A stretch of DNA of 64,000 bases. It comes from an uncultured Gemmatimonadales bacterium (GTDB lineage: Bacteria; Gemmatimonadota; Gemmatimonadetes; Longimicrobiales; RSA9). The notes under the pieces were generated by a model. That model saw nothing but the letters and a program-made list of their open reading frames with translations. It did no database searches and had not been told where the DNA came from. Location: assembly GCA_963816355.1 (NCBI GenBank), contig CAWFKH010000003.1, positions 1,568,001 through 1,632,000 on the forward strand, in the 5' to 3' direction. How positions within the stretch are numbered: the first letter of the stretch is position 1; each line of letters starts with the position of its first letter. Both the position numbers and the translations under genes were made by a program. Below are positions 41,496 to 59,502 of this stretch, piece after piece.

Positions 41496-41523
41496 AAGAT
41501 ACGTCTCGGCGGAAACGGATCAA
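41496..41523 (-). promoter_or_regulatory. Candidate promoter for ssb-lysM
   Basis: TTGATC-N16-TATCTT; the -35 contains the hemB TGA; followed by the palindrome GTAATTAC at 41485-41492. Confidence 0.45.
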
Positions 41524-42497
41524 GGCCCCGCGCTCCGCGCCATCTCGCGGGCCCAGTAGGTGATGATCATGTCCGCGCCCGCCCGCTTGATCGAGACGAG
41601 GGCTTCGCTCATGGCGCGCTCGAGGTCCAGCCAGCCGTTCGCCGCGGCCGCCGTGATCGCCGCGTACTCACCGGAGACGTGGTAGGCGCACAGCGGGTAG
41701 CCGGTCGCCTGCTTGACCCGCCAGATCAGGTCCAGGTTCACCAGCGCCGGCTTCACCATCAGCACGTCGGCGCCCTCCTCCACGTCCTGCGCCGCCTCGC
41801 GCAGCGCCTCCTCGGCGTTCGCCGGATCCATCTGGTAGCCACGCCGGTCGCCGAACTGCGGCGCGCTCTCCGCAGCGTCCCGAAACGGGCCGTAGAAGGC
41901 GGAGGCGAATTTCACTGCGTAGGAGAGGATCGCGACGTGGGCGAAGCCGGCGTCGTCGAGCGCGCCGCGAATCGCGGCCACGCGGCCGTCCATCATGTCG
42001 CTCGGCGCCACGACATCGGCGCCCGCACGGGCGTGGCTCACCGCCTCGCGCGCGAGCAGCTCGAGCGTCTCGTCGTTGGCCACCTCGCCGTCGCGCACGA
42101 CGCCGCAGTGGCCGTGGGAGGTGTATTCGCAGAGGCAGACGTCCGTGATCACGGCGAGATCGGGCGCTTCCTCACGGATCGCGCGGATGGCGCGCTGCAC
42201 GACGCCCTCGTCGTCCCACGCTTCGCTGCCGCGCTCGTCCTTCTCCTGCGGGATCCCGAAGAGCAGCACGGCGGGGACGCCGGCGTCACGCGCCTCCACG
42301 GCGTCGCGCACCAGCTCGTCGACCGACGTCTGATGCACGCCCGGCATGGAGGCCACCGCCCGGCGCACGCCGCTGCCGGGTACCGCGAAGAGGGGCAGGA
42401 TCAGATCGTCGGGCGCGACGCGGGTCTCGCGAACGAGGCGCCGCAGCGCGTCCGTGCGCCGCAGCCGGCGCGGCCGGTATTCGGGAAAACGGGGCAT
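41520..42497 (-). CDS. hemB: Porphobilinogen synthase
   Basis: [40 protein letters not shown]. Confidence 0.98.
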   Translation of the reverse strand: MPRFPEYRPRRLRRTDALRRLVRETRVAPDDLILPLFAVPGSGVRRAVASMPGVHQTSVDELVRDAVEARDAGVPAVLLFGIPQEKDERGSEAWDDEGVVQRAIRAIREEAPDLAVITDVCLCEYTSHGHCGVVRDGEVANDETLELLAREAVSHARAGADVVAPSDMMDGRVAAIRGALDDAGFAHVAILSYAVKFASAFYGPFRDAAESAPQFGDRRGYQMDPANAEEALREAAQDVEEGADVLMVKPALVNLDLIWRVKQATGYPLCAYHVSGEYAAITAAAANGWLDLERAMSEALVSIKRAGADMIITYWAREMARSAGP

Positions 42498-42530
42498 CGT
42501 CGCAATCCGGTTGTCGCGTCCCTCGCCGGC

Positions 42531-43049
42531 TCACCCGTCGAGGCGGCGCCTCAGGACGAGCGCGTCCTCGAGCGGGAACGCGTAGTAGTTGCGCCGCACG
42601 CCGACCTGCTCGAAGCCGTGCGCCGTGTAGAGCCTTCGCGCCACTTGGTTCGAGACGCGCACCTCGAGGAAGAGCGCCTTCAGTCCGCGGGCAAGGCCTC
42701 TCTCGAACGCCTGCTGCAGCAGCCGCTGGGCAACGCCCCGGCCCCGCCACCTCGGCGCCACGGCGATCGTGCCCAGCTCGCCTTCATCGAGCACGCTCCA
42801 GAAGCCCATGTACCCCACGACACCGTCCACGGACGACTCCGCCACCCACAGCTCGGCGTCCTCGCGCAGCAGCAGGTTCCGGTACGTGATGCTGCTCCAC
42901 GGCATCGTGAAGGCCACGTGTTCGATCTGCAGCACGCGGTCGATGTCGCCGCTCCGCATGCGCCGCACCGCGACCGGATGGACCACGCCGGCCTCTCGCC
43001 GCCGCTCTCCGCCCGAGCCGGTCGCCTCGTCGGCAAACTTCCTGGCCAC
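42531..43049 (-). CDS. rimI: Ribosomal-protein-alanine N-acetyltransferase (GNAT)
   Basis: IAVAPRWRGRGVA, LEVRVSN, GVRRNYY, EDALV. GGAGG RBS before GTG at 43049; start uncertain. Confidence 0.9.
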   Translation of the reverse strand: MARKFADEATGSGGERRREAGVVHPVAVRRMRSGDIDRVLQIEHVAFTMPWSSITYRNLLLREDAELWVAESSVDGVVGYMGFWSVLDEGELGTIAVAPRWRGRGVAQRLLQQAFERGLARGLKALFLEVRVSNQVARRLYTAHGFEQVGVRRNYYAFPLEDALVLRRRLDG

Positions 43050-43066
43050 GCACGCCTCCAGCGAGT

Positions 43067-43765
43067 TCAGCCCCGCACGCCGCGCACGGCGCCGGATCCG
43101 CGCAGGTAGCTCGGCTCCCACGCCGCCGCCTCCTCCACGCGACCCGCCGCCGGCTCGATTGCGGCCAGCCAGAGCAGCGCGCCGGCACGGGGAAGCGAAA
43201 GGAACGGCGGCGCGACGACGCCGCCCTCCGCCTCGATCCGCTCGCGGTGGCGCAGTGCGCCCTCACCTACGAAGAGGGGCGCCGACGCCTCGCCCGCCGC
43301 GAGCACCCCTTCCGCGAGCACCGTCTCCAGGGGCACGGCCGCCGGCTCTCTCAGCCGCTCGACGCGCGACAGCCCGGGGAAGCGGTAGCAGGCAGCGTAC
43401 ACCTCGCCGCGGCGGGCGTCAAACAACGCCCAGACCGGCCGTTCGCCGCTGCCCAGCGCCGCCGCGAGGGACAGCAGAGAGGAGTACGCGTAGAGCGGGA
43501 TCCCCAGCGCCCGGACGAACCCCTTCGCCGTCGCGGCGGCGATCCGCACGCCGGTGAAGGAGCCCGGGCCGGCGGCCACCACGACGCCGCCGAGATCGCC
43601 GGGCGCCAGGCCGAGCGAGCGCAGCGCGAAGTCGATCGACGGCAGCAGGGATTCCGCCTGCCGCGCGCGCACCCCCACCGCCACCTCGACGCGCGGCCGC
43701 CCCGCTTCCCCGACCGCGACGCTTCCCGTGGGCGTGGAGGTGTCGAGCGCGAGCAGCATCGTCAT
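43067..43765 (-). CDS. tsaB: t6A biosynthesis protein TsaB
   Basis: LALDTST, GPGSFTGVRI, DARRGEVY, EPSYLR. Confidence 0.96.
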   Translation of the reverse strand: MTMLLALDTSTPTGSVAVGEAGRPRVEVAVGVRARQAESLLPSIDFALRSLGLAPGDLGGVVVAAGPGSFTGVRIAAATAKGFVRALGIPLYAYSSLLSLAAALGSGERPVWALFDARRGEVYAACYRFPGLSRVERLREPAAVPLETVLAEGVLAAGEASAPLFVGEGALRHRERIEAEGGVVAPPFLSLPRAGALLWLAAIEPAAGRVEEAAAWEPSYLRGSGAVRGVRG

Positions 43766-44245
43766 CGCCGCGGCGCGTCCCACACCCCGCCGGGCAGCGG
43801 GATGGGCGGCGCGGCGCCGCGCCGCTCCAGGAGGACGCGCCGCACGGCGGAGCCGGGCGCCGGCGCCTCCAGCCGCACGTCCCAGCGGTCCGGCGGCAGC
43901 AGCGACTCCGCCCGCTCGGGCCACTCGACCAACACGATCTGCTTCCCTTCCCCGAGCTCCCGCCACCCCAGCTCCCACACCTCCTCCGGATCGTTCAGCC
44001 GGTACAGGTCGAGGTGGTGCACGCTCGCGCCGCCGCGCGCGTCGTAGGCGAAGACGAGGTTGAACGTGGGCGACGGCATCGAGCCGGAGACGCCCGCCCC
44101 GCGCGCGACCGCGCGCGCGAGCACCGACTTCCCCGCGCCCAGCTCGCCGCGCAGCGCCAGCACGAGCGGCGGCTCCGCGTGCGCGCCCACCGCTTCCCCC
44201 CAGGCCACCAGCGCCGGCTCCGTCAGCAGCGCCGGCCCGTCCGCG

Positions 44246-44256
<11 letters not shown>
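43762..44256 (-). CDS. tsaE: t6A biosynthesis ATPase TsaE
   Basis: [27 protein letters not shown]. Confidence 0.95.
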
Positions 44257-46339
<2,083 letters not shown>

Positions 46340-46377
46340 GGTCGCCGTGGTACCCCGCAGCCCGCCGTACGGTCGCG

Positions 46378-47730
<1,353 letters not shown>

Positions 47731-47798
47731 CCGTAGCCTCGCCTCGTTTCGTGTACGGTGTCGCCCCGCTCGCCGCCGCCGGGTGCCGACGGCGCAGT

Positions 47799-47975
47799 CT
47801 AGCGGACCCGTCCCTGGCGCTCAAGCTCCGCGAAGCTCGTGTCCACGCGGTCCGTCGCCTCCTGTGCCTCCGACCCTTCGATCAGCTCGGCAAGCCCGGC
47901 GCCGAAGTCGCGGCGGGCGCGGAAGCCGCTTCCGGGCCTTGCCTCCGCTGCGGCCGAGGGCAAGGCATGTGCCGG
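47799..47975 (-). pseudogene. Probable C-terminal remnant of an NAD-dependent epimerase/dehydratase
   Basis: [42 protein letters not shown] resembles extended-SDR C-termini; no Rossmann N-terminus. Confidence 0.5.
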
Positions 47976-48079
47976 GCGGCGTGCGGCGATCGCCGCCGCG
48001 CCGGCAGGAGACTTGCGCCGGCCGCGCACCGGCGGGATGTTTCCCCGGCATTCACCTCGACCCCTTCGGACGACGCCCC

Positions 48080-49039
<960 letters not shown>

Positions 49040-49092
49040 GGCTGGGGCCGAGGTCGGGAACGCGCCGAGGCCGACGCCGGGGAGCGCCGCGC

Positions 49093-50214
<1,122 letters not shown>

Positions 50215-50216
50215 CG

Positions 50217-52445
50217 CTACGCCTCGAGGTCCGCTTCCGCGAAGTGCTCGCGCCGCACTACCGAGCTGACGCCTTTCACGCGGCGGATCGACTTCATCAC
50301 CTTCTTGAGGTGGACCAGGTCCGGCACCTCGACCACGAACGCACCCGTCATTCCCCCCTCCTTCGAGCGGATGTCCGCCGAAGCGATGTTCGTCCCCGTG
50401 TCCGTGACCGCGGCCGCGATGTCGGAGAGGATGCCGCGCCGGTCGTTCCCCTCGACGACGAGGCGCACGAAGAAGCGGTCGCCGCTCTCCGCCTTCCACT
50501 CGATCTCGATGCGGCGCTCCGGATGCTGCGCCAGGTTCAACACGTTCGGACAATCAATGCGGTGGATCGAGATGCCACGCCCGCGCGTGATGTAGCCGAT
50601 CACGTCGTCGCCGGGGACCGGCTGGCAGCACTGCGAGTAGCGCACCATCAGGTTCTCGACGCCCTGGATGCGCACGCCCTTGCCGGTGCCGCGGACGCGG
50701 TCCACGAGGCGCTCGAACGCCGACGGCGGGCGCGTCGGCGCGCGCGGCTCCTCCTCGCCCGGAAAGAGGCTCTTCAGCACCGCGTACGGTCCCGCGTCGC
50801 CGCGGCCGAGCGCGGCGTACAGGTGCTCCACCGTCGGCAGGCCGAGCGCATCCGCCGCCGCGAGCAGTGCCTCCTCGTCGCGACGCGGCTTGCGCGCCTT
50901 CTTCAGCTCGCGCTCCAGCAGCTCGCGCCCGAGCACCACGGACGACTCGAACTCCTCCTGCTTGATCCACTGCCGGATCTTCTGGCGCGCGCGGGCCGTC
51001 TTCACGAACGCGAGCCAGTCGCGCGACGGCCGCTGCCGCGCGTCCGTCACCACCTCGACCGTGTCGCCGTTCTTCAGCTCCCGCGCCAGCGGCGCGATGC
51101 GGCCGTTCACCTTCGCTCCCGAGCAGTGCAGGCCGACCTCCGTGTGCACAGCGAAGGCGAAGTCGATCGGCGTCGCCCCCTTCGGGAGCTGCTTCACGTC
51201 CCCCTTCGGCGTGAAGACGAAGATCTCGTCCTGGAAGAGGTCGATGCGGAGGAACTCCATGAACTCCTCCGGCTCGCGCGTCTCCTGCTGCCACTCCAGC
51301 ACCTGCCGGAACCAGGAGAGCGTGTCGTCGACCTCGTTGACGCCGCCGCCGTCCCCGCGTGAGGGCGCCATCCCCTCCTTGTAGCGCCAGTGCGCCGCGA
51401 TCCCGTACTCCGCCGTGCGGTGCATCTCGCGCGTGCGGATCTGGATCTCGTAGAGGCGACCGCCCGGCCCGAAGACCGTCGTGTGCAACGAGCGGTACAT
51501 GTTGGACTTCGGTGTCGCGATGTAGTCGTGGAAGCGCTCCTGCAGCGGCGTCCAGCGGTTGTGGATGACACCCAGCGCGTGATAACAGTTCGACACCGAG
51601 TCGGTGATCACCCGGATCGCCATGAGGTCGTAGATCTCGTCGTACGGCCGCCCGCGCTGCACCATCTTGCGGTGGATCGACCACAGGTGCTTCGGCCGGC
51701 CGTAGACCTCGCACGGAATCGCCTCGGTCTTCAGCTCCGTCTCGAGCGGAACGCGCAGCGCCTCGATCTGCTCCTCGCGCTCGCGGCGCCGGTCAGCCAC
51801 CTTCTTCGCCAGGTGGCGATATTCGTCCTGCTCGAGGTGCTTGAAGGCCAGGTCCTCCAGCTCCCACTTGATCTGCGCCATGCCCAGGCGGTGCGCCAGC
51901 GGACCGTAGATCTCGCGTGTCTCCATCGCGATGCGACGCCGCTTCTCCGGCCGCAGGTGGTCGAGCGTGCGCATGTTGTGCAGCCGGTCGGCGAGCTTGA
52001 TCAAGATCACCCGCGCGTCCGTCGCCATCGACAGCAACAGCTTGCGGTAATTCTCGACCTGCTGCTCCGTCGTCGAGCGGAACTGGACCTTCGCGATCTT
52101 CGTCAGCCCATCGACGATGCGCGCGATCTGCTCACCGAACTCCGCGCGCACATCCTCGAGCGTCGCGTTCGTGTCCTCGACCACATCGTGGATCAGCCCC
52201 GCCGCCACCGAGTCCGTGTCCAGGTGCATCTCCACCAGCAGCGCCGCCACCTCGACGCAGTGGCCGATGTAGTCCTCCCCCGAAGCGCGCTTCTGCCCCG
52301 CGTGCGCGTCCCGGCTGAACGCGTACACGCGCGCGATCAGACCGACGTCCAGCCGGTCCGTCGACTTCTCCAGCGCCTCGCGCAGCCGCGGCGGCAGCGT
52401 CTCCAGCGCCTCGTTCCGGTTCTCGATCGTCGCCGTCGGGTTCAT
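50217..52445 (-). CDS. relA: Bifunctional (p)ppGpp synthetase/hydrolase (long RSH)
   Basis: HDVVED hydrolase, KLADRLHN, GRPKH, EIQIRT, TGS and ACT domains; alternative GTG start at 52517. Confidence 0.97.
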   Translation of the reverse strand: MNPTATIENRNEALETLPPRLREALEKSTDRLDVGLIARVYAFSRDAHAGQKRASGEDYIGHCVEVAALLVEMHLDTDSVAAGLIHDVVEDTNATLEDVRAEFGEQIARIVDGLTKIAKVQFRSTTEQQVENYRKLLLSMATDARVILIKLADRLHNMRTLDHLRPEKRRRIAMETREIYGPLAHRLGMAQIKWELEDLAFKHLEQDEYRHLAKKVADRRREREEQIEALRVPLETELKTEAIPCEVYGRPKHLWSIHRKMVQRGRPYDEIYDLMAIRVITDSVSNCYHALGVIHNRWTPLQERFHDYIATPKSNMYRSLHTTVFGPGGRLYEIQIRTREMHRTAEYGIAAHWRYKEGMAPSRGDGGGVNEVDDTLSWFRQVLEWQQETREPEEFMEFLRIDLFQDEIFVFTPKGDVKQLPKGATPIDFAFAVHTEVGLHCSGAKVNGRIAPLARELKNGDTVEVVTDARQRPSRDWLAFVKTARARQKIRQWIKQEEFESSVVLGRELLERELKKARKPRRDEEALLAAADALGLPTVEHLYAALGRGDAGPYAVLKSLFPGEEEPRAPTRPPSAFERLVDRVRGTGKGVRIQGVENLMVRYSQCCQPVPGDDVIGYITRGRGISIHRIDCPNVLNLAQHPERRIEIEWKAESGDRFFVRLVVEGNDRRGILSDIAAAVTDTGTNIASADIRSKEGGMTGAFVVEVPDLVHLKKVMKSIRRVKGVSSVVRREHFAEADLEA

Positions 52446-52633
52446 TCCCGTCCCGGAATCGGGTTGCGTCGCCTCGCCGTCGGGCGGACGGCCATCAGCA
52501 GAATACCGCCGGATCACCTCAAAGTTCTTTCACGGCGCAAGATAAACGCGCCCGTCGCGTAACTCCACGGTGCGGACGGTGGCGGCGGCGCCCGCTCGCG
52601 GCCGCTTCCTGCCGCGACCAGCCCCAACCCGCC

Positions 52634-53365
52634 ATGGCGGTGCCCCCGCCGCCCACGCAGCTTGCCCTCGTGAGCGACTCCTTCTCCATCCGCGAATGGC
52701 CCCCCTCAGAGCGGCCACGCGAACGGCTGCGCAACGTCGGCTCTGCCGCCCTTTCGGCTCGCGAGCTGCTCGCCATCCTCGTCGGCAGCGGGGGCGGCGG
52801 CCACTCCGCCATCGACGTCGCCGGCGCGCTGCTCGGCCTCGCCGAAGGGTCGTTGCGACGGCTCGGCTCGCTGTCGCCGCCGGACCTCGAGCGTCTCGGC
52901 GGCGTGGGCCCGGCGATCGCCGCGCGCGTGGCCGCGGCCCTCGAGATGGGCCGCCGCATGGCGGGCGAGCCCCCCGCCGAACGGCCACGCATCCGCGGCC
53001 CCGCCGACGTGCACCTGCACTGCCGCGCCTCCATGCGCGACCTCACGCAGGAGGAGTTTCGCGTGCTGCTGCTCAACACGCAGCACGCGGTCGTGCGGGA
53101 GGTCACCGTCACGAGGGGCGTGCTCGACGCCTCCGTCGTGCACCCCCGCGAGGTCTTCCGCGCGGCGATCTCCGAGAGCGCCGCGGCCCTGATCCTCGTC
53201 CACAACCACCCCTCCGGAGACCCGACGCCCTCGGCCGAGGATCGCGAGGTCACCGAGCAGCTCGCGGCCGCCGGACGCATCGTCGGCATCCCTGTCCTCG
53301 ACCACATCGTGATCGGCGACGGTCACTACGCCTCCTTCTCCGAGGCCGGCTGGCTGCAGGCATAG
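52634..53365 (+). CDS. radC: RadC family JAB-domain protein
   Basis: ERPRERL, HhH motif, VHPREVF, HNHPSGDPTPSAED, LDHIVIG. Confidence 0.96.
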   Translation: MAVPPPPTQLALVSDSFSIREWPPSERPRERLRNVGSAALSARELLAILVGSGGGGHSAIDVAGALLGLAEGSLRRLGSLSPPDLERLGGVGPAIAARVAAALEMGRRMAGEPPAERPRIRGPADVHLHCRASMRDLTQEEFRVLLLNTQHAVVREVTVTRGVLDASVVHPREVFRAAISESAAALILVHNHPSGDPTPSAEDREVTEQLAAAGRIVGIPVLDHIVIGDGHYASFSEAGWLQA

Positions 53366-53412
53366 CGCGGAGGAGGCAACGGAGCGACGGCGACGACGGA
53401 GGGACGGCCTGT

Positions 53413-53480
53413 CACGGAGAACTGCTGGAGGGGCGGAGGGCACGGAGAGCGGCTGGACGTGGCCGAGGGCACGGAGAGCT
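53413..53480. repeat. Degenerate 28-29 bp tandem repeat between convergent radC and secA
   Basis: CACGGAGA(A/G)C at 53413, 53441 and 53470; GAGGGCACGGAGAGC occurs twice. Confidence 0.6.
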
Positions 53481-53562
53481 CAGCCGCTCGTGGATCGTGG
53501 TGCGGGGCGGCGCGCGCACGGCCGCTCCTGGCGGTTCCGTACGCGCCGCCGCCTCGGGCGCC

Positions 53563-56889
<3,327 letters not shown>

Positions 56890-56945
56890 TGCGTTCGACT
56901 ATGGGAGATGCGCTGGTTGCGTAACCATTCTTGGTACCCGCCGCC

Positions 56946-57038
56946 GGCGATCGCGGTCCCGTCGCGGGCGATCGTGGTCCCGTCGCGGGCGATCGTGGTC
57001 CCATCGCGGGCGATCGTGGTCCCATCGCGGGCGATCGC
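56946..57038. repeat. 21-bp VNTR, about 4.4 copies
   Basis: GGCGATCG(C/T)GGTCCC(G/A)TCGCG four times plus GGCGATCGC; no spacers. Confidence 0.95.
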
Positions 57039-57113
57039 CGCCCCGCCGCGCCGCCCCCGGCGGCGGCGGTCCCGCGCGCGCGACTTCCGCCACGAAGCAG
57101 CGAGCGCCGCGCG

Positions 57114-57692
57114 CTATCGGGCATACAGCGCTTCGCGCCGGATGATCGCCTCCACCGCCGGCGGGACGAGGTAGCGGATCGGCTCGCCCCGCGCGACGCG
57201 CAGCCGCAGCGCCGTCGACGAGAGGTCGATGCGGGTCACCTGCACGCGCCGGTGCGGCCACGGATCCGCCGCCGCGGCCGCCGCTTCGGGCTCGCCGCGC
57301 GACAGCACGACCAGCGACGCGAGGCGCGCGACGCGCTCCGGCTCGCGCCACGTCGCGAACTCGCGGAACTGGTCGGCGCCGATGAGCAGGAAGAGCTCGT
57401 CGCCCGGCCGTTGTCGGGCGAGCGCCTCCAGCGTGTCCGCGGTGTAGGAGGCGCCGCCTCGCTCGATCTCGATCTCGCTCGCGGTGAAGCGCCCATCGCC
57501 CTCCAATGCGGCGCGCAGCATCTCGAGTCGGATGGCGGCGGCGGTGTGCGGCGTGTCGCGTTTGTGGGGTGGCAGCGCGGCGGGGACGAAGATCACGCGG
57601 TCCAGCGAGAGCGCGACGAAGGCGTCCTGCGCCACGGCGAGGTGGGCGATGTGCGGCGGGTCGAAGGTGCCGCCGAAGACACCGATCCTCAC
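57114..57692 (-). CDS. nadD: Nicotinate-nucleotide adenylyltransferase
   Basis: GGTFDPPHIAH, PPHK, SYTADT, IGADQ, LSST. Confidence 0.96.
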   Translation of the reverse strand: MRIGVFGGTFDPPHIAHLAVAQDAFVALSLDRVIFVPAALPPHKRDTPHTAAAIRLEMLRAALEGDGRFTASEIEIERGGASYTADTLEALARQRPGDELFLLIGADQFREFATWREPERVARLASLVVLSRGEPEAAAAAADPWPHRRVQVTRIDLSSTALRLRVARGEPIRYLVPPAVEAIIRREALYAR

Positions 57693-58483
57693 GACGCAGT
57701 CGCGCCGGTGCCCCCTTCGACGGCGCGTGCGGCCTGCGAGTTCGGATACGTGGCGAGCAGGCGCTCCTTGGCCGCTTCCGCTTCCTCCGTCCAGCCTCGC
57801 TTGCGGTAGGACTGCACGACGCGCAGCAACGCGTCCGGCGCGGCCGGCGTCTCCGGGTACTTCTTCACGACATCCTCGAAGTAGATGATCGCGGAGTCGT
57901 AGGCGTTGCGACGGAAGTAGTACTCACCGCCGATGTAGAGCTTGCGCGCGAGCTTGCCGCGCATCTTCGTGATGATCGCCTTCGCGCTGTCGGCGTGCTC
58001 GCTGTTCGGATAATAGGCGAGCAGGGACTGGCAGTGGTCGATCGCCGCCTGCGAATACTCCTGATCGAGCTCGACGTCCGGCGACAGGCGGGCGTAGGAG
58101 ATGCAGACCTGGAAGCGCGCGTCGTCGGCATAGTTGCCGCTCGGATAGTCGTCCGCCAGCCGTGCGAACTCGTGCGCCGCCGTCACGTACTCCTTCTTGC
58201 CGAAGTACGCCTCGGCGAGCATGTAGCGCGCCTCCTGGATCCTGGGGCTCGACGGAAACCGGAACGTGAACTGCTGGAAGGCGGAGACGGCGTCGTCCCA
58301 GTGATGGCCGCGGTACTCCGACATGGCGCGGGCGAAGAGCGCATCGGCGTCCAGGTTGGCGAGCTGGACGGCGTGGTGGAAGCACGCCGTCGCCGTCAAG
58401 GCGACGAGGGCCGCAGCGAGTGTCGCGCGCACGCGGGCCGCAGCGCCCCTCCCGCCCGTTCCAGTTCGTATCTCTCTCTTCAT
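57689..58483 (-). CDS. bamD: Outer membrane protein assembly factor BamD (lipoprotein)
   Basis: Lipobox ATAC, TPRs, ELDQEYSQAAI, KLARKLYIGGEYYFRR..YDSAIIYF. Confidence 0.9.
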   Translation of the reverse strand: MKREIRTGTGGRGAAARVRATLAAALVALTATACFHHAVQLANLDADALFARAMSEYRGHHWDDAVSAFQQFTFRFPSSPRIQEARYMLAEAYFGKKEYVTAAHEFARLADDYPSGNYADDARFQVCISYARLSPDVELDQEYSQAAIDHCQSLLAYYPNSEHADSAKAIITKMRGKLARKLYIGGEYYFRRNAYDSAIIYFEDVVKKYPETPAAPDALLRVVQSYRKRGWTEEAEAAKERLLATYPNSQAARAVEGGTGATAS

Positions 58484-58541
58484 CGGCTGTCCTACACTGT
58501 CGCCCGCGCGGGGGTTTCAAGAACGGCGCGCCGCTGCGCGA

Positions 58542-59498
58542 TCACGTGCCGAACCGGATCTGATCAATGCGTCGCTGCGCGCGCTCGGCGAGCTGACCCG
58601 TGGGAGCGAGCTCGAGCACGCGGTAGTAGGCGGCGAGCGCCTCGTCCGGTCGTCCGAGCGCGAAGAGGATCTCGGCGCGCTCGAACCACCCCTGGTCCTG
58701 AACGTTCTGCGGCACGCCCAGACGGAGCACCGTGCCGAGCTGTCGCAACGCGTCGTCGAGCTGACCGTTCATGTGGGCCCGGCGTGCCAGCTCGAACTCG
58801 CAACTCCCCAGCAGCCAGCGCGCCTCGCCGCCCACCGTGCCGTCCGCCTGCAGCGCGCCGGCATCCGCGCTGACGGTCCCCGATGACTCGTCCGCTCCCG
58901 TGGGCTCGCCCTGCTCGAACGGCCGCAGGTACGCGCTCGCGGCGGCGCAGTCTCCCTGTGCCTGATAGATGCGGCCCACATCGTAGAGGAAGCGCGCCAG
59001 CGAGTCCGACGGAGCGTCGACCAGCGCGCGACGGTAGAAGCGGAGCGCCCGCTCCGAGTCGCCGGTGCCGGCGTAGTAGCGCGCGAGGGAAGCCGCGTAG
59101 TCGCTCACGTCGAGCTGGGGCTCGGTGTCGAGCGCCGCCTCGATCGCGGACGCGACGCCGTGCCGATCACCGGCGCTGTCCGCCTCGGCCGCGAGGCGGA
59201 GGTAGTCGTAGACGGCCTGGTCGGCGAAGCTCGAATCACGCTGGAGGAGCGGATCGTACGTCTGCCGCGCGCGGGAGAGCTGACCGGTCCGGGCGTAGGC
59301 GTGGGCGACACGCAGGCGGGCGCTCTCGTCGCCGCGGCGGGCGAGGGCGAGGCGGTACTCGGCGAGCGCCCCCGCGTAGTCGGAGTCCGCCCACATGACG
59401 TCGCCGCGCTGCAGCGCCGTTTCGTCCCGTCCGCAGGCGGCGGCGACGAAGACGAGCAGGAGCGCGGCGGAGGTACGGCTGCGACGTCGCGGCGGCAC
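58542..59498 (-). CDS. Hypothetical TPR lipoprotein
   Basis: GTG start, Arg-rich n-region, lipobox AAAC-GRDE, TPR-like helices. Confidence 0.75.
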   Translation of the reverse strand: MPPRRRSRTSAALLLVFVAAACGRDETALQRGDVMWADSDYAGALAEYRLALARRGDESARLRVAHAYARTGQLSRARQTYDPLLQRDSSFADQAVYDYLRLAAEADSAGDRHGVASAIEAALDTEPQLDVSDYAASLARYYAGTGDSERALRFYRRALVDAPSDSLARFLYDVGRIYQAQGDCAAASAYLRPFEQGEPTGADESSGTVSADAGALQADGTVGGEARWLLGSCEFELARRAHMNGQLDDALRQLGTVLRLGVPQNVQDQGWFERAEILFALGRPDEALAAYYRVLELAPTGQLAERAQRRIDQIRFGT

Positions 59499-59502
59499 CA
59501 GC

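Noticed and set aside
52634..53365. JAB-domain protein as part of a CBASS/ubiquitin-like system or mobile element
   Set aside because: It is a full-length chromosomal RadC with no E1/E2, cyclase, integrase or att-like repeats nearby.
56946..57038. CRISPR array
   Set aside because: The units are directly adjacent with no unique spacers, and there are no cas genes; this is a VNTR.
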